Of a stretch of 64,000 nt of DNA, positions 38,299 through 48,058 are shown piece by piece. Origin of the DNA: Candidatus Omnitrophota bacterium (GTDB taxonomy: Bacteria; Omnitrophota; Gorgyraeia; Zapsychrales; Fredricksoniimonadaceae); NCBI GenBank assembly GCA_044225175.1, contig JBGAJA010000001.1, positions 742,711 to 806,710 on the forward strand, in the 5' to 3' direction. Position 1 is the stretch's first letter; each line of letters opens with the position of its first letter. Made by a program: the position numbers and the translations under genes. The notes under the pieces were generated by a model. The model saw only the letters and a program-made list of their open reading frames with translations, was not told where the DNA came from and did no database searches.

Positions 38299-38892
38299 TT
38301 ACTTATTTTGAGCAAATTTCAAAAGATTTGAATAGTCTCCAGCATCTGCTTTTCTTAAGGCATTTAAGTAAAATTCTCTTACTTTATCATTATCTTCAAC
38401 CTCTTCAATGATCCAGCTAAAAGGCTTTTGCTTAAGCACATTGGTCAACAGCATATCTGTCATCAAACGCGCATGTCTGCCATTGCCATTAGGAAATAAG
38501 TGAATCCATACTAACTTATGATGAAATCGAACAGCTATTTCATCTGCGGGATACACTTTCTCTGTGATCCAATGCTTTGTATCTTCTAATAGTAAATGTA
38601 AGGCAACTGATATTTGATTAGCCTCTACTCCAATATTCTTTCCACTTTTACGGAATTGACCGGCCCAACGCCATACTTCGCCAAACATCTTCTTATGTAA
38701 AACCTTAATGAACTTCTCAGTTAATATATCACCTTGACGATGCGTTTGCATCCAGGACAAAGCCTCATTAATATTGTCTTGTTCCCAACGATTAAGTTCT
38801 TCACGGGTTGTTATATGCTTTAACTTAAGCCCTTCTATCTCATCTGGATCGAGCGGTGTTGCTCCAGGAAGATAATCAAAACTATTTTTCAT
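38299..38892 (-). CDS. Mobile mystery protein B (Fic domain)
   Basis: GATPLDPDE, LHKKMFGEVWRWAG, Fic motif HLFPNGNGRHAR. Confidence 0.9.
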   Translation of the reverse strand: MKNSFDYLPGATPLDPDEIEGLKLKHITTREELNRWEQDNINEALSWMQTHRQGDILTEKFIKVLHKKMFGEVWRWAGQFRKSGKNIGVEANQISVALHLLLEDTKHWITEKVYPADEIAVRFHHKLVWIHLFPNGNGRHARLMTDMLLTNVLKQKPFSWIIEEVEDNDKVREFYLNALRKADAGDYSNLLKFAQNK

Positions 38893-39349
38893 CCCAAAAA
38901 TCCTTTGGCTGTTCTATTAAAATCTTTTCAATCATATCATTTAAAGCTTTTTCTTGTTCTTGTGAAGACAGCTCCTGCTTTTCCAAACGCATAGTATTGT
39001 TCAAATTCTTAAGTCTTTTTAAAACGATTTTCTTAGCTTGCTCTTTAACCATCTGTTCAAGACTTGTTTCTGAAACAAACCCGTAAACAAACTTCATATT
39101 TAGACCTTTGGCAATTTTCTCTAAAGAAGATAATTTTAGATTGCCACTTTTTTCAGCATTCTCTAATCGAGATATTCTTGATTGGTCAATGCCTACTTTC
39201 TGGCTTAATTGTCTGCTAGTCATTCCTAAGGCTTCTCTGATACCTTTAATCCATCCCTGCTGAAAAATACCTGATTCAGGCAAAACCTTTAAAGGTGCTA
39301 ATTTATTATTAAGTTGCTCACGTAACTTCTTTTGATCCCAGTATTTCAT
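38882..39349 (-). CDS. Mobile mystery protein A (XRE HTH)
   Basis: GWIKGIREALGMT, FVYGFV, TMRLEKQ; paired with the Fic gene. Confidence 0.88.
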   Translation of the reverse strand: MKYWDQKKLREQLNNKLAPLKVLPESGIFQQGWIKGIREALGMTSRQLSQKVGIDQSRISRLENAEKSGNLKLSSLEKIAKGLNMKFVYGFVSETSLEQMVKEQAKKIVLKRLKNLNNTMRLEKQELSSQEQEKALNDMIEKILIEQPKDFWDEK

Positions 39350-39401
39350 ATTTTAGCTCCTTGTCTGCCGACAACTTATATCTTCAAACTACACCTATTT
39401 G

Positions 39402-39450
39402 ATGCTAAATATAGCATATTTTTAACGTTTGTCAATGCTATAAATAGCAT
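39402..39450 (-). promoter_or_regulatory. Two ATGCTA-N4-TAGCAT operators overlapping a sigma70 promoter
   Basis: ATGCTAAATATAGCAT (39402-39417) and ATGCTATAAATAGCAT (39435-39450); TTGACA at 39435-39430 and TATATT at 39413-39408. Confidence 0.7.
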
Positions 39451-39522
39451 AATTGTACATATTTTCGCAATTAATTGATTTTCTAAGGATTTATGGCAGG
39501 CAGGGATAAAAGAAAATTCTCG

Positions 39523-39882
39523 CTATAGAATCTTTCTATAAAAACAACTGCGCGCATTGGTGTGGCAGGCGGAGCCGATTTGGTCCACCTTCATTAAAAG
39601 CACATCGCAGTCGCAGTCATAATAAACTTCTTTCACATGTTGAAAATGTCCTGATGTTTCTCCTTTAACCCAATATGTCTTTCTGGAGCGAGACCAATAG
39701 GAGGCTTTTTTATTGGTTAAGGTGTCTCTTAGAGAATCGATGTTCATCCAGGCCATCATAAGGACATCGCCTGTTTTGTAATCCTGGGCAATGGCTGGGA
39801 TTAAACCTTCGGAATTGAATTTAAGTTTCTCAAGATTATCTTTGGTAATTTGAATTGTTTCAATTTCAGGATTTGAGCTCAT
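39523..39882 (-). CDS. hisI: Phosphoribosyl-AMP cyclohydrolase
   Basis: YWSRSR, KGETSG, DCDCD, ACHT...SCF. Confidence 0.95.
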   Translation of the reverse strand: MSSNPEIETIQITKDNLEKLKFNSEGLIPAIAQDYKTGDVLMMAWMNIDSLRDTLTNKKASYWSRSRKTYWVKGETSGHFQHVKEVYYDCDCDVLLMKVDQIGSACHTNARSCFYRKIL

Positions 39883-40631
39883 CGGATATTCACTTTCTTA
39901 TTTTTTAAATATTGTTTTACTTCTGGCACAGGTATTTCTCCAAAATGAAAGACTGAAGCAGCCAATGCGGCATCTGCACTGGTTTTCGTAAATACATCAT
40001 AAAAATGTTCAAGCTTTCCTGCTCCTCCTGAGGCGATAACTGGAATCGTGACTGCCTCAGAAATTGCCTTAGTTAATGCCAAATCAAAGCCATTCTTGGT
40101 GCCATCGGCATCCATGCTAGTTAGAAGAACCTCTCCTGCTCCTTTAGCCTGACCTTCTTTAGCCCAAAGTATAGCATCTTTGCCAGTTGCCGTGCGACCT
40201 CCATGGGTAAATACTTCCCAACGGTTTCCTACACGTTTAGCATCAATCGCAATCACAATACACTGAGATCCAAACATATTGGAGGCACGAAGCAATAATC
40301 CTGGTTCATTTACCGCCGCGGTATTAATAGAAACCTTATCAGCCCCTGCATTTAAAAGAGCACGGATATCCGACACATTATTAATCCCGCCACCCACCGT
40401 CAAAGGCATAAACACTTCTTCAGCTGTTTTCTGAACAACATCTAAAAAAATCTTACGCTTCTCAAAGCTAGCTGTAATATCCAAAAACACCAACTCATCT
40501 GCCCCAGCTTTATCGTAAGCCCGCGCACAATCCACCGGATCCCCCGCATCCCGAAGTTCCACAAAATTAACCCCTTTGACCACCCGGCCGTCTTTGACAT
40601 CTAAACATGGAATAATGCGTTTGTTTAACAT
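39879..40631 (-). CDS. hisF: Imidazole glycerol phosphate synthase, cyclase subunit
   Basis: [27 protein letters not shown]. Confidence 0.97.
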   Translation of the reverse strand: MLNKRIIPCLDVKDGRVVKGVNFVELRDAGDPVDCARAYDKAGADELVFLDITASFEKRKIFLDVVQKTAEEVFMPLTVGGGINNVSDIRALLNAGADKVSINTAAVNEPGLLLRASNMFGSQCIVIAIDAKRVGNRWEVFTHGGRTATGKDAILWAKEGQAKGAGEVLLTSMDADGTKNGFDLALTKAISEAVTIPVIASGGAGKLEHFYDVFTKTSADAALAASVFHFGEIPVPEVKQYLKNKKVNIR

Positions 40632-40633
40632 AA

Positions 40634-41230
40634 TTAAATATAAGACTGTTTAAATTGCATAGAATATAAAAAAAAGTACATAGAGATAACGAGCCCTAAT
40701 AACATAAATAATGTGTATTTAAATATTAATGACTCTCGATTAATAATTACAATTTTAGGATTAGATGGATTGTAATATATTTTTACCATAGAACCTTCAG
40801 GATATTTCTCTAAAGCTTCATGGGCTGAATTTCTTGTTGGATAATCAAAATGGTTCATTAAACTATTTCTTTTAAGATATTTATTGCCACTGACAGTGTA
40901 CTCAATAATAGATTCAGCGATATATGCGACACCTTCACCCCGTGACTCAACCACATTATTCTTAATAATCTTACCTTCAGTTATTGGCCATTGCCGAGTC
41001 ACAAGAATATGTCGGATACAGTACCAACACAGAGTAATATAAAATAAGCCAATTAATATAACAATCAGAGGAGAAACATACACAAATCCGAATGTTTTAA
41101 TAAACAATATGGAATTACTTAAAAAAATTAATATAAACGTAGTAATAACTAGATACAAAAGCGAATATATTATTATTTTGAACATAAACTTAATCTCCTG
41201 ACTTAACCGCTCTTTTCTGTTTTTTGTCAC
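40634..41230 (-). CDS. DUF3592-like membrane protein (AT-rich insert in the his operon)
   Basis: Transmembrane helices, [23 protein letters not shown]; the start is uncertain because the GTG lies inside a palindrome. Confidence 0.75.
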   Translation of the reverse strand: MTKNRKERLSQEIKFMFKIIIYSLLYLVITTFILIFLSNSILFIKTFGFVYVSPLIVILIGLFYITLCWYCIRHILVTRQWPITEGKIIKNNVVESRGEGVAYIAESIIEYTVSGNKYLKRNSLMNHFDYPTRNSAHEALEKYPEGSMVKIYYNPSNPKIVIINRESLIFKYTLFMLLGLVISMYFFLYSMQFKQSYI

Positions 41231-41296
41231 CCCCGAATACTTTAATCGGGGGTCCAGGTCCTAGATTCCCGACAAAAACATTCGGGAATGACAAAA
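41222..41296. repeat. Intergenic palindromic element (TGTCA...TGACA class)
   Basis: TTTTGTCA-CCCCCGA...TCGGGGG...ATTCCCGA...TCGGGAA-TGACAAAA. Confidence 0.8.
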
Positions 41297-41299
41297 GTT

Positions 41300-42019
41300 T
41301 TAACTACAAAGCTTCAAAGCTTCCTTAAAGTCTAGTTTTCCCTCGTAAATAGCTTTTCCTGTGATTGCACCAGCCACACCTTTCATGGCTGCAAGCTTTC
41401 GGACATCATCGATTGTACCGATGCCTCCAGAGGCAATGAGTTTGGTTTTCTTTAAAGTGTTTAACATAGTCTCCAGCTGTTCAAAGTTTGGTCCAGCCAG
41501 GGTTCCGTCTTTGGCGATGTCGGTGTAGACCATCCATTGAACGCCTAAAGCTTCCAGCTCCAAAGCTAAGTCTGTGGCTTTGACATTGGTTGTAGACACC
41601 CAGCCTCTTTGAGCTACCATTCCATCATTGCAATCTAGGCTTACACAAATCTTCTCCCCATACAGACCTAATACTCTTTTTAAGAATGTGCGATCTTCAA
41701 TAGCACGCGTGCCAAGAATCACACGGGCCACATTGGCTTTAATTAATTCATCAATTGTTTGCTGACTTCTGATTCCACCACCAACTTCTACGGGTATCTT
41801 TACTGTCTGTGCAATTTTCTTAATGATCTCTTGATTAAACATTACTCCATCTTTAGCTCCATCTAAGTCAACCAAGTGCAGCCATTTAGCTCCAAGATCC
41901 TCCCACTTGCGGGCCATACTTAATGGATCATCAACATATTGGGTCACTTCAGAGAACTTTCCCTGAAACAATCGAACGACTTTTCCATCTTTAATATCTA
42001 TAGCAGGAATTAGAATCAT
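41300..42019 (-). CDS. hisA: ProFAR isomerase
   Basis: IPAIDI, LHLVDLDGA, VGGGIRS, YTDIAKDGTL. Confidence 0.96.
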   Translation of the reverse strand: MILIPAIDIKDGKVVRLFQGKFSEVTQYVDDPLSMARKWEDLGAKWLHLVDLDGAKDGVMFNQEIIKKIAQTVKIPVEVGGGIRSQQTIDELIKANVARVILGTRAIEDRTFLKRVLGLYGEKICVSLDCNDGMVAQRGWVSTTNVKATDLALELEALGVQWMVYTDIAKDGTLAGPNFEQLETMLNTLKKTKLIASGGIGTIDDVRKLAAMKGVAGAITGKAIYEGKLDFKEALKLCS

Positions 42020-42615
42020 AATTGAGCGAAATTCTTGAGGATTTGTAAGCCTACAGACTGGCTTTTCTCAGGGTGAAACTGAACCCCCCAAACATTACCT
42101 TTGACGACGGAAGAACAGTAATTAATACCGTAACTAGTGCTGCTGGCTACGATCGTTTTATCCTTAGGAATCACATAGTATGAATGACAAAAATAAACAT
42201 TTTCTCCATCTGCAATCCCTTTATAAATCGCTGCTCCAGCAGATTGAACTTGAATTTGATTCCAGCCCATATGAGGAACTTTACCTTGAGTGAATTTCTC
42301 AACAGAACCTTCTAAAACCTGAAGTCCTTGCACGGTTCCACCTTCAGTACTTTTGTCAAAAAGCAGCTGCAAACCTAAACAAATTCCTAGAAAGGGTTTA
42401 TTCTCTCTAGTCACTCGGCTAATCACATCAACCAATCCTAATTCACGTAGTCTCTGCATGGCAGGGGCCATAGCGCCAACTCCGGGCAGGACAACCTTAT
42501 CAGCCTTCAAGATTTCTTGAGCCGAAGATGTCACCGATACAATGGCACCGACCTTTTCAAAGGCCTTCTGCACACTGCGCAAATTCCCCATTCCATAGTC
42601 GATAATTGCAATCAT
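42016..42615 (-). CDS. hisH: Imidazole glycerol phosphate synthase, glutaminase subunit
   Basis: IDYGMGNL, LGICLG, PHMGWN, QFHPEKS. Confidence 0.97.
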   Translation of the reverse strand: MIAIIDYGMGNLRSVQKAFEKVGAIVSVTSSAQEILKADKVVLPGVGAMAPAMQRLRELGLVDVISRVTRENKPFLGICLGLQLLFDKSTEGGTVQGLQVLEGSVEKFTQGKVPHMGWNQIQVQSAGAAIYKGIADGENVYFCHSYYVIPKDKTIVASSTSYGINYCSSVVKGNVWGVQFHPEKSQSVGLQILKNFAQL

Positions 42616-42618
42616 AAT

Positions 42619-42657
42619 TGAGGATGAGTCTTGAGTTGTGGGTTATGGGTTTGGTTA
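42619..42657. repeat. 7-mer tandem array (TGRGTT-type)
   Basis: TGAGTCT TGAGTTG TGGGTTA TGGGTTT at 42625-42652; inverted partner at 43701-43730. Confidence 0.7.
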
Positions 42658-43287
42658 TTAATCAATAATTCCTTTTGTAGAAGGGACTTTTCCTATACGT
42701 CTAGGATCTATAGTAGTTGCTTGATCTAAAGCAATGCCTAAAGATTTAAAAACTGTTTCAGCAATAGAATGCATATCACCTGAACCTCCAGGATTCTTAA
42801 CATTAACAATTAATGTAGCTCCTAGTTGTTTAGCAAATGATTCTAAAAAGTGTTCCAAATAACTAAATGTATACTCTCCTTGATTACTAATAGCTGGTAA
42901 ATCACCTGCTGTTTTGCCATCAAGAGTTAGATTTAAATGACCTCTGCCATTAATGTCAATAACAGAATGTCCCAAGGTCGATTCCATTGGAGCAAATGCT
43001 GAACCAAAACGTTTGATACCTGTTCGATTTTCGCCTAAGGCTTTACTAAAAGCCTTACCCAAAGCAATACCAATATCCTCATTAGTATGATGAATATCGA
43101 TGTGCGTATCGCCTTTTACTTCTATATCTAAATCAAAATATCCATGAAATGCAAATAGCTCAAGCATGTGACTTAAAAGACCATTAGGAGTTTTTATCTT
43201 TGCTTGTCCAATACCATCAATATTTATCATTCCATCAATCTGAGTCTCATTCGATTTACGTTGAATGGGAGCTTTTCTAGACTCCAT
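42658..43287 (-). CDS. hisB: Imidazoleglycerol-phosphate dehydratase
   Basis: GDTHIDIHHTNED, PMES, HSIAETVFK, VPSTKG. Confidence 0.93.
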   Translation of the reverse strand: MESRKAPIQRKSNETQIDGMINIDGIGQAKIKTPNGLLSHMLELFAFHGYFDLDIEVKGDTHIDIHHTNEDIGIALGKAFSKALGENRTGIKRFGSAFAPMESTLGHSVIDINGRGHLNLTLDGKTAGDLPAISNQGEYTFSYLEHFLESFAKQLGATLIVNVKNPGGSGDMHSIAETVFKSLGIALDQATTIDPRRIGKVPSTKGIID

Positions 43288-43288
43288 A

Positions 43289-43708
43289 TTAAATCCTTTC
43301 TTTATTTAAAGCATTATTCCAACTTTGACCTAATCTATAAATCTGTTTCCCAGCAATATCGTATTCTTTAATGAGATTATTAGCACTTTCAATATCCTGA
43401 CTATTGCAATACAAATCTCTATAACAGGACAAATGAACAATCATTTCATTACATTCTCCCATGGCATCTTTAAGATATTTCTGCCATTCTTTCGGATAAT
43501 ATTTTCTAGCATAGCCTTCCGCAATAATAGCTAAAGGTGCCTTTGAAGCTCTCCGCATTTGATCTGCTAAACCGAATCTTTCTTCTATAGGTAATTTTGT
43601 GATAATTTCTTTTGTAATAGTTATCATAGCCTTATAAAGACGCTGATAAACATCTAAATCTGAAAAAGTTCTAATCTTCTCACTCATCATACCCATTACC
43701 ATCCCCAC
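43289..43708 (-). CDS. Four-helix-bundle protein (23S rRNA IVS protein / bAvd-like family)
   Basis: FSDLDVYQ, LPIEERFGLADQMRRAS, IAEGY, AMGECNE; the true start is probably 43687 or 43690. Confidence 0.9.
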   Translation of the reverse strand: MGMVMGMMSEKIRTFSDLDVYQRLYKAMITITKEIITKLPIEERFGLADQMRRASKAPLAIIAEGYARKYYPKEWQKYLKDAMGECNEMIVHLSCYRDLYCNSQDIESANNLIKEYDIAGKQIYRLGQSWNNALNKERI

Positions 43709-43730
43709 AACTCACAACCCATGAACCACC
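43701..43730. repeat. 7-mer tandem array, inverted relative to 42619-42657
   Basis: Minus strand TGGTTCA TGGGTTG TGAGTTG TGGGGAT; 43704-43714 is the exact reverse complement of 42632-42642. Confidence 0.7.
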
Positions 43731-44957
43731 CTAAGACTTAAACCTCACATTGATTGAATCCGCATGTTTAACTAAACCTTCTAATTTAGCGACCATTTCC
43801 AAAGGAGCTCTCATCTTTTCCAGCGCCTTCTTTGAGTATGAAATCACATGATTTGTTTTCATAAAGCTATTTAAACCCAAACTTGAGAAGAACTTTGCTG
43901 TTCCCATGGTTGGAAGCACATGACTTGGGCCAGCGCCATAATCTCCTAATGCTGTTGGACTATAGGGCCCCAGAAACACAGCACCGGCATGCTTAATGCT
44001 TCGAGAAACACTCAAAGCATTATTGGTCATAATCTGCAAGTGTTCAGGAGCGAGTCTATTAGCAAGCTCAATCGCTTCATTCATATTCTTACAATAAATC
44101 GCATAGCCATTGTTCACACGTGAGCGCACTTGTTGAATCAAAAGCTTGGATGTACTAATTAAAATGGATATACCACCTACGTGTTCCATTTGGGCTTCAA
44201 GGTCTGCCACCACATAATCCACATTGCTATGGCGATTGGCAATAACAACAAGCTCTGTTGGGCCAGCCAGCATATCAATATCCACATATCCAAACAGCTG
44301 ACGCTTAGCTTCTGTCACAAAGATATTTCCAGGACCTACAATTTTATCCACCTTAGGAACTGTTTTTGTTCCAAGCGCTAAAGCTGCAATAGCCTGTGCA
44401 CCACCTATTTTATAAATCTCTGAAACCTTAAGAAGATTAGCCACCGCCAAAATATGAGGATTGACCCCGCCATCTTTCGTTGGAGGAGTGACAATGACAA
44501 TGCGCTTAACCCCTGCAATGATGGCAGGAACAGCTGTCATATATACTGATGAAACCAAAGGCGCTGTACCAGCTGGGATATAAATCCCGACAGAATCCAA
44601 AGGCTTAATCTCTTCTTTGAGCATAATCCCATCATGACCTTTGACTCGAGCTGGTTTCTTTAATTGTTTCTTATAGTAAGTTGAGACATTGTTGATAATT
44701 GTCTTTAAATTACCTACAAATTCTGGGGTAATGTTTTGAAAAGCACTCGAAATTTCTGACTCAGCAACCTTCAATTGTCTGGCAGTCATTTTGACATTAT
44801 CAAAGCGGCGGGTGTATTTCAAAAGCGCATCATCGCCTTTAAGACGTACATCATCAATGATCGCCCGCACCTTTTCCTCAACGCTTTTCTTTCGTGAAAA
44901 AAGGGCTCGATTGTAAAGTTTCTCAATACTTAAACCAGTCTGTTTAATCAGTTTCAT
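43731..44957 (-). CDS. hisD: Histidinol dehydrogenase
   Basis: GGAQAIAALA, GPGNIFVTEAK, APEHL, GDYGAGPSHVLPT. Confidence 0.96.
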   Translation of the reverse strand: MKLIKQTGLSIEKLYNRALFSRKKSVEEKVRAIIDDVRLKGDDALLKYTRRFDNVKMTARQLKVAESEISSAFQNITPEFVGNLKTIINNVSTYYKKQLKKPARVKGHDGIMLKEEIKPLDSVGIYIPAGTAPLVSSVYMTAVPAIIAGVKRIVIVTPPTKDGGVNPHILAVANLLKVSEIYKIGGAQAIAALALGTKTVPKVDKIVGPGNIFVTEAKRQLFGYVDIDMLAGPTELVVIANRHSNVDYVVADLEAQMEHVGGISILISTSKLLIQQVRSRVNNGYAIYCKNMNEAIELANRLAPEHLQIMTNNALSVSRSIKHAGAVFLGPYSPTALGDYGAGPSHVLPTMGTAKFFSSLGLNSFMKTNHVISYSKKALEKMRAPLEMVAKLEGLVKHADSINVRFKS

Positions 44958-47524
44958 AGAATGACTAAATCCTTCGCTTGAGATAATGCCGATTCAATTT
45001 TTTGAGGTTCCTTGGAGCCTGCTTGAGCGAGCTGAGGCTTGCCTCCACCGCTTGCTCCAAATAGCGGGGCTATTCTTCCGACGATGTCATTGGCTTTAAT
45101 CCCCCGGGCAACTAAATCGTCAGACACAGAAACCACCAATGAAGCATCCTCTTGAGATTTGCCGCCAAGAACAAAAACTCCAGAGGCCAGCTTCTTTCTT
45201 AAGATATCTGAAAGTTTACGCAATGAACCAATGTCCACATTATCTAAACATTGAATGAGAACATTTGTGCCCTTAACCGTTGCAGTGTTTTTAATCAAAT
45301 CATCCGCTGAAGATGCAATTTTCTGAAAATTAGCAGCAGCTTGCTGTTTGTCTTGCTCTTTTTGTTTTTGAATTTGCAATCTTGCTTGCTCTTCTTCATT
45401 CTTCTTATTTAAGAACTCACTGACCACAGCTTTACCTGTTAAAGCCTCAATACGGCGAATACCTTGAGCAACAGAACCTTCAGAAACAATCTTGATGGCC
45501 TCAACTTCAGAGGTAGAAGCCAAATGCGTGCCCCCACAGAATTCGCGGGAATAATCACCAATGGACACAACGCGAACAGTAGCACCATATTTCTCAGCAA
45601 AGAAGGCCAAAGCACCTTTTTTCTTAGCCTCTTCAATAGGAAGAACCTCTACTGAAACTGGATCAGCCTTTTTGATGAATTCACTCAGACGGCTTTCGAT
45701 TTTCTGCATCTGCTCAGGCTTAATTCCACTTGGATGAGCAAAGTCAAAGCGCAAACGGCCTTCTTCCACAAGCGAACCTTGCTGCTTGATGTGACTGCCC
45801 AGGGTTTCCCTTAGAGCAGACTGAAGCATGTGGGTTGCCGTATGATTACGTTTAATAGCCTGGCGTCTGGCCTCATCGACCTCGGCTTCAAGCATGTCGC
45901 CCGTCGCTGTTTGGCCCTCTAGGACCTCACAGGAATGGATAAAAATGTCATTGGTTTTCTGGGTATCTAGCACCCGAAGTTTGCCCTGGGGTGAACTCAA
46001 AAAGCCCGTATCTCCCACCTGACCGCCGCTTTCAGCATAGAATGGCGTGCGATCAAGAATGACAAGCACCTTTTGTCCTTTGGAGGCAACAGCTGCTTCC
46101 TTAGCCCCTTCAATGATTTTAAGCACCTTAACTTGGGCCTTGGTTACTTCATAACCCACAAACTGGGTCTTAGGCACATTCAACTCGACATCTTTATCTG
46201 CAAACCTCTCCCCAGTCATTTTGCTGCCTGCACGAGAGCGTTCTTTTTGTTCTTCCATTTTAACTTCATAACTTTTGATTGCTTCATCAATTGTGTGTTG
46301 AGAAACACCAGATTCTTTAGCAACTTCACAGATGGTAGACAAAGTTAACCCGTGTGTATCGCGATACAAAAAGAACAAAGAACCCAAATCAACACCCTTA
46401 GCTGTCAATTTTTCTTTCAACTCTGGAATTCGTTCACGTCTAACTTTAATAAAGGACTCCTCAATACGCTTGATGGCATCTTTGACATCTGAAGCTTTCC
46501 CTATGAGCTCGGGATAAGGTTCTTTGTGAACATCTACAATGACATCTACAAAGGTATGAATAATTGGTTTCTCTACCCCTGCACGAATAGCTAAGTCTGT
46601 GATATCCACAATCAGTTTGCGCATAACGTAGCCGCGGCCTTCATTGGAAGGAATTACCCCGTCAGAAATACCAAAGGTGATGGCACGGATATGATCAGCC
46701 ACAATACGAAATTCACTTTCAGTAAGCTTGGCGTTATTGGCAGCAAAGGTATCTTTTATAACTTTCAAGATGACGGCAAAATTATCTGTTTCATAATTAC
46801 TTTTAACCCCTTGGACCACAGAGGCCAAACGCTCGAGTCCCATCCCTGTATCAATATTCTTTCCTGGTAATGGCTCCAAGATACCGCCGTCTTTACGGTT
46901 AAATTGTGTGAAGACCAGATTCCAGACTTCAGTAAAACGCCCACAGCTACAAGATGGATCACACTTTTGGCTCTTGCAATTAGGATTCACACCATAATCA
47001 AAGAATATTTCGGTGCAGGGACCACAAGGACCATTGGGACCATTCTTCTTAGCTTCAGCTGGCCAGAAATTATCTTTATCTCCTAAGCGGACAATCTTTT
47101 CTTTGGGAAAGCCCATTTTGACCCATTCATCGTAGGCTTCCTGGTCTTCTTCATACACAGAAACCCAAAGCTTGTCGCCTGATAGTTTCATTTCTTTAGT
47201 CAAAAACTCCCAAGCCCAGGCAATAGCTTCTTTCTTAAAATAATCACCAAAGGAAAAATTCCCCAGCATTTCGAAGAATGTGTGATGACAGGGTGTCTTG
47301 CCGATTTTATCTAAATCATCGGTACGAAGGCATTTCTGAGATGTTGCTGCACGCGTATACCCATCAATGCGTCCTAAGAATTGCGGCTTGAATTGCTGCA
47401 TCCCTGCTGTTGTAAACAACACAGTGGGGTCATCCTTAGGGACAACAGAGTCACTGGCAATGATGGAATGACCTTTAGATTTAAAAAACTCTAAGAATTT
47501 TGTTCTAATTTGGTTTGTTGTCAT
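44954..47524 (-). CDS. alaS: Alanine--tRNA ligase
   Basis: HHTFFEMLGNFSFGDYFK, IDTGMGLER, NHTATH, EFCGGTH, GGGKP. Confidence 0.98.
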   Translation of the reverse strand: MTTNQIRTKFLEFFKSKGHSIIASDSVVPKDDPTVLFTTAGMQQFKPQFLGRIDGYTRAATSQKCLRTDDLDKIGKTPCHHTFFEMLGNFSFGDYFKKEAIAWAWEFLTKEMKLSGDKLWVSVYEEDQEAYDEWVKMGFPKEKIVRLGDKDNFWPAEAKKNGPNGPCGPCTEIFFDYGVNPNCKSQKCDPSCSCGRFTEVWNLVFTQFNRKDGGILEPLPGKNIDTGMGLERLASVVQGVKSNYETDNFAVILKVIKDTFAANNAKLTESEFRIVADHIRAITFGISDGVIPSNEGRGYVMRKLIVDITDLAIRAGVEKPIIHTFVDVIVDVHKEPYPELIGKASDVKDAIKRIEESFIKVRRERIPELKEKLTAKGVDLGSLFFLYRDTHGLTLSTICEVAKESGVSQHTIDEAIKSYEVKMEEQKERSRAGSKMTGERFADKDVELNVPKTQFVGYEVTKAQVKVLKIIEGAKEAAVASKGQKVLVILDRTPFYAESGGQVGDTGFLSSPQGKLRVLDTQKTNDIFIHSCEVLEGQTATGDMLEAEVDEARRQAIKRNHTATHMLQSALRETLGSHIKQQGSLVEEGRLRFDFAHPSGIKPEQMQKIESRLSEFIKKADPVSVEVLPIEEAKKKGALAFFAEKYGATVRVVSIGDYSREFCGGTHLASTSEVEAIKIVSEGSVAQGIRRIEALTGKAVVSEFLNKKNEEEQARLQIQKQKEQDKQQAAANFQKIASSADDLIKNTATVKGTNVLIQCLDNVDIGSLRKLSDILRKKLASGVFVLGGKSQEDASLVVSVSDDLVARGIKANDIVGRIAPLFGASGGGKPQLAQAGSKEPQKIESALSQAKDLVIL

Positions 47525-47533
47525 ATTTTCCTA

Positions 47534-47603
47534 GTGTCATTGCAAGGAGCAAAGCGACGAAGCAATCTATTAAAGGATTGCTTCACTTCGTTCGCAATGA
47601 CAC
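47534..47603. repeat. Intergenic palindromic element (GTCATTGC class)
   Basis: GTGTCATTGC...GAAGCAATC...GATTGCTTC...GCAATGACAC. Confidence 0.85.
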
Positions 47604-47608
47604 GCAAT

Positions 47609-48058
47609 TTAACTTAACTTCTTAATCACCTTTAATACATCACTTGGAGCAAACCCTCTCCTTAGCAGAAAGTCATGTATCCGTTTTTTTCTTTTTTGAG
47701 GATCAATCGAAGAAAATCTTTGCCAGCGTCTCTTGGCGACTTCTAAAGCTGTTTCTTCTGAAGAATAATCTTCCCGAGCGGATGCAACTGCTTCTTGGAT
47801 AATGTCATCAGAAACACCCTTCTGTTTTAATTCTCTGATGATCCTCATAAAACCAAACGGCCGGGCTAAACGATATTGGATCCAACTCTTCGTAAAAGCC
47901 CGGTCGTCAAGTAATTGTATGTCTTGAAGCCACTTCAAGGTTTCTGTAATGTCTTTTTCTTCAAAACCTTTTGCTTCCAACTTAACTTTTAATTCTTCAA
48001 CTGCACGTGGTCGAATCTTTAAAAACCTGAGTGCTGATGTACGACATGAAGCGCCCAT
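47609..48058 (-). CDS. recX: Regulatory protein RecX
   Basis: Downstream of recA; LLDDRAF, ELKQKGV, FLLRRGF. Confidence 0.9.
   Translation of the reverse strand: MGASCRTSALRFLKIRPRAVEELKVKLEAKGFEEKDITETLKWLQDIQLLDDRAFTKSWIQYRLARPFGFMRIIRELKQKGVSDDIIQEAVASAREDYSSEETALEVAKRRWQRFSSIDPQKRKKRIHDFLLRRGFAPSDVLKVIKKLS

Noticed and set aside
43289-43708. Avd-like protein as evidence of a diversity-generating retroelement
   Set aside because: No adjacent reverse transcriptase or template/variable repeat pair; stand-alone four-helix-bundle genes are common.
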